Below, one piece after another: positions 60,920-64,000 of a stretch of 64,000 bases of DNA (positions are counted from its first letter, which is position 1; every line of letters begins with the position of its first letter). A program made the translations under genes and the position numbers. This stretch comes from Candidatus Bathyarchaeia archaeon. GTDB taxonomy: Archaea > Thermoproteota > Bathyarchaeia > Bathyarchaeales > Bathycorpusculaceae. The stretch spans positions 1 through 64,000 of the forward strand of contig JBEKTQ010000019.1 in NCBI GenBank assembly GCA_049515895.1. The letters run 5' to 3'. Below the pieces are notes generated by a model. The model saw nothing but the letters and a program-made list of their open reading frames with translations. It ran no database searches and was not told the DNA's origin.

Positions 60920-63592
60920 TTAGGGTCTTTTTCTGAGCATGAGCGTCACTAGTATAGCGCCGATTATGACTATCACAATGATTATCGCAATGCCTATGTA
61001 CATGACTGTGGTGTTTGAGGCTAAGCCGCTGAGGGGTGTGGCTGTCGGTGCCGCTGTTGCTGCTGGTTGGCTGGCGTAGAATCCTGTTGATGCGGTGGAT
61101 CCGTAGTATGATTGTGTGCCTGCGAATGTGGCGTAGACGGTGTAGTTGCCTGGTATGTCGGGTTTCCATGTGAATGAGTAGTCGCCTAAACCGTTCGTGT
61201 TTGTAGCGCCGATTGTTCGGTAGTTTCCGTTAGAATCTATGACGGTGAAGGTCACCGGAACTCCGGTTACGTTGTGTGGCTCCAGTTGCTGCATGTAGAC
61301 GGATTCCATGAACTGAGTCATGCTTGCGTCGGAAACGCATGGTAAGCCGTTGGGGAAGTTTGCCGCAACAGCATTTTGCTGTGAGCCTGCGGAGACATCC
61401 ATGACTGTGCCCGTTATCGTTATCGGTGCGGCTGTTGTCACGCCAACGTCAGGTGCCGTCACGGTAGTTTTGCTTGGTCCCATGCCATACGCGTAAATCT
61501 GGTTGTCATAAGCGTTGAGCGTTGTCGCGATTCCATCCGAGATTGCAGGGCCGCTAGTAACGTCGAAAGCATCGATGCTCCAAACAACACTGCCATCAGT
61601 AATATTCAAAGCAAGCTGTTGGGCTCCGTGGAACAGCGGTGGACTGTACATGTGACCCTCAGGAAGGAATAGCTCACCACCAGCGACCGTTCCCACAGTG
61701 AAGACCCATAGGGGTTCAGTTCCGTAGGGAGACTCGAAGCCACCGCTTGGTGTGCTATAATGCCACTTGAGCGAGCCGTCTGCGATGTTGTATGCATAAA
61801 CGTCGCCTCCGTAAGCCCATACGTACATTATGCCATTAGCGATAACCGAGTTGCCTCCAAGAGAATCGAAAGGTCGAGCGTCTGGGAGTGCGGTTGGTCC
61901 CCAAAGTAGCTTACCCGTGAAGAGACTGTAACAACTGATTGATAGTGCGTTTTGTGTATATTCGACGTAGACTCCGTCGCCAGCAAAATATGTGCCAGCA
62001 CCTGCAGAAATAAGAGTGAATGGTACTTCAGTGCGGTTGGTTATCCATAACTGTTGTCCAGTGGTTGCGCTATAGCCTGCTTCAATTTGCCAGCCAGGTT
62101 GATAGAATAATCCTTGACCCATAGAGTATTCTGACAAGTATACTACTCCGCTGGCGATATAGGTAATTCCGAGGCCGTATAGAGCGTTAGCGAAATCTAT
62201 TATGGGTACGCCTGCAATATTGTTGGCGAGTGGTTTTGTCCATTGTATTCCTAGACTGAAGGGAATTGATGCGCCTTGTGGGGGTCTCCAGAGCCAGTTG
62301 TCTGCAACGTTTGGGCCGCCGTAAGAGTTAGGAACAGCTAGGTTGATGCATCGGGTAGAGTTCCACATGTTTAGGGTGGGTGCGAATGGGTTAGTAGAGT
62401 TCACGTAGTAACCTATCAGATTCCCATGGTCGTCGGTTGTTAGTGCAACTGCAGTGCCAGGTTGGGCTGAAACAGGAACGCCGGTAATGGTAAGTATATA
62501 GCTGCCTGTCAATGCATCCCACATTTCAAAGGATCCGCCCACACTTGGCTCAAAGCCTTCATATACGACTGTTGAACCGATGGGCTCGCTCCATAGATAC
62601 GCGAGGGCACCGTATTGGTTCGGTGTAACCATGTCGAGTATTTGTCCGCATCTTAACAATTCAGTGGTGTTTTTTGTCCATAGTGTCTGACCGGTGTGTA
62701 AATCTACGGCCACCCAGCCAATTGGATTAGATCCACTTCCTGGGTACTGCGTGTAGTAGAGAATGTCATTCATGACTATTGGGGCAAATTTAGGTTCGTA
62801 TTGAGCGGTTGAATAGAAGTTGCTTGTTTCACTTGTACCGTATTCGCCGCCGATTATTCCCCCAAAGGCTTCAGGCTTAGTCCACAAGATATGAGCACTA
62901 GTTGGCGCTGTAGTGTATGGATTATAGTTCATGCTGCTGTTATACATGCCAGTGTTGGCAAAAGATGTCTTCCCAGTTCCAAGCCAGTTACCCGCGATCG
63001 TTGCCCATTGGTTGTTTTCACCGTAAATGGGGCGTGTCCAGTAGCTTGTTGGAAGAGGAGTTGTCGGCGCAGAATATGCTATCGGCTGCTGTTGCACTGT
63101 AAGCGTAAATATGTTGCTCGAGCTAGGTTGGTAAATATCGCCAATAGCTGGGTTAGCGCCTGGTCCAGTGGTCGGAGTTCCTGGAGCGAGGTTGTTGCCG
63201 GCTAATGTTTGTCCTGCAAAGAACATTTGGAAAGTGTAGTTTCCAATTGTTGCAGGCGTGTATGTAGTGTATGTGCCTCCAGTCGCGTCCGATGTAAAGG
63301 GACCTAAGGTTGTGGTGGTTCCATCGGGCTTTGTGACTACGACAGTTATATGTTGCCATCTGTCTCCAAATTGTCCGCTTGCGGTAGGTGGTGGTTCACC
63401 AATCCAAAAGTTGACCCGGGCTGTTTGTCCTGCGCCTATGGGATTTGGCGAAACACTGCAGAAGGCAAATGTTGGAACATGAAAAGGTGGTGAATGCGCG
63501 TTGGCATTTGGTAAAAGCGTTGTTGAAGCTGTCATTGAAAGTACAAAGAATGTAACAATCGTAATAGCTGCAATTTTGCTTAAGATTTTCAT
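60920..63592 (-). CDS. PQQ-like beta-propeller surface protein, paralog 4 (leader B, body Y)
   Basis: N-terminus identical to paralog 3; body and C-terminus closest to paralog 2. Confidence 0.9.
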   Translation of the reverse strand: MKILSKIAAITIVTFFVLSMTASTTLLPNANAHSPPFHVPTFAFCSVSPNPIGAGQTARVNFWIGEPPPTASGQFGDRWQHITVVVTKPDGTTTTLGPFTSDATGGTYTTYTPATIGNYTFQMFFAGQTLAGNNLAPGTPTTGPGANPAIGDIYQPSSSNIFTLTVQQQPIAYSAPTTPLPTSYWTRPIYGENNQWATIAGNWLGTGKTSFANTGMYNSSMNYNPYTTAPTSAHILWTKPEAFGGIIGGEYGTSETSNFYSTAQYEPKFAPIVMNDILYYTQYPGSGSNPIGWVAVDLHTGQTLWTKNTTELLRCGQILDMVTPNQYGALAYLWSEPIGSTVVYEGFEPSVGGSFEMWDALTGSYILTITGVPVSAQPGTAVALTTDDHGNLIGYYVNSTNPFAPTLNMWNSTRCINLAVPNSYGGPNVADNWLWRPPQGASIPFSLGIQWTKPLANNIAGVPIIDFANALYGLGITYIASGVVYLSEYSMGQGLFYQPGWQIEAGYSATTGQQLWITNRTEVPFTLISAGAGTYFAGDGVYVEYTQNALSISCYSLFTGKLLWGPTALPDARPFDSLGGNSVIANGIMYVWAYGGDVYAYNIADGSLKWHYSTPSGGFESPYGTEPLWVFTVGTVAGGELFLPEGHMYSPPLFHGAQQLALNITDGSVVWSIDAFDVTSGPAISDGIATTLNAYDNQIYAYGMGPSKTTVTAPDVGVTTAAPITITGTVMDVSAGSQQNAVAANFPNGLPCVSDASMTQFMESVYMQQLEPHNVTGVPVTFTVIDSNGNYRTIGATNTNGLGDYSFTWKPDIPGNYTVYATFAGTQSYYGSTASTGFYASQPAATAAPTATPLSGLASNTTVMYIGIAIIIVIVIIGAILVTLMLRKRP

Positions 63593-63866
63593 TTTGTTTT
63601 TTCTTCCTTTATTTTGTTTTTTGGGTTGAAGAAGCATAGAAAATGCTTCTTTCCCTACTTTGGGGTTTGCTCTCTTTGGACTTATATAACTTGCGTGTTA
63701 GCGGTTTTACGTCCAGTTGCATCTTTGGGAAATCTTTGTAAATAGTTAAAACCATTCTATGTGTCTTCCAAATCCAATATTTTCTACTTTGAAAGCAGCG
63801 AGCATGCAGTTTTTTGTTTGCATATATCTATAGCTTCTATCCAAATTCATGTAAACAACGAATTCT
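63532..63866. repeat. Second copy of the ~335-bp promoter/leader/signal-peptide block
   Basis: Matches 55431-55767. Confidence 0.95.
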
Positions 63867-64000
63867 TCTAACGCCCGCGCCAAACCGCTGTTTTCTTGTC
63901 TGCGTGTGCTCTCCTGCCTGCGGGTTGTCTTTTCTTTCTTGTTTCGCTTTTTGATTTTTCTTAAGTTGTGCGGTTTGAAAAAGGTGCTCTTAAAATGGTA

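Noticed and set aside
1-64000. Provirus or IS element
   Set aside because: No integrase, transposase, capsid or packaging genes recognised

Overview
Archaeal chromosomal segment, most likely Bathyarchaeia. This is inferred from aIF-1A, aIF-2alpha, L35Ae, an MptA/MptE/RFAP-synthase pterin cluster and expanded Pro/Thr-linker membrane-anchored surface proteins. It holds a tetrahydromethanopterin/pterin biosynthesis cluster (9.4-14.7 kb), a translation-gene patch (18-21.7 kb), repair genes (minimal PolX, AlkA), a PAS histidine kinase with regulators, and many secreted or surface proteins, including four large PQQ-like beta-propeller paralogs. No rRNA, complete tRNA, CRISPR array, transposase or integrase is visible. 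Main unexplained structures: (1) a dispersed intergenic element (4 clear copies and 1 variant) with a conserved T/G-rich leader followed, in a fixed register (43 bp, modulo 10), by 10-13 GTC-core repeats with an exact 10-bp period; one copy runs into a broken AbrB/MraZ-like gene. (2) The four propeller genes show all four combinations of two promoter/leader types with two coding subfamilies, and their leaders fold into a conserved stem. (3) A putative fibre operon of two pilin-like paralogs, an adhesin and a SipW-type peptidase. (4) Several unannotated microproteins, two genes apparently starting at ACG, and a LysW-like protein with a non-canonical end. All calls come from reading motifs by eye; no searches were run.
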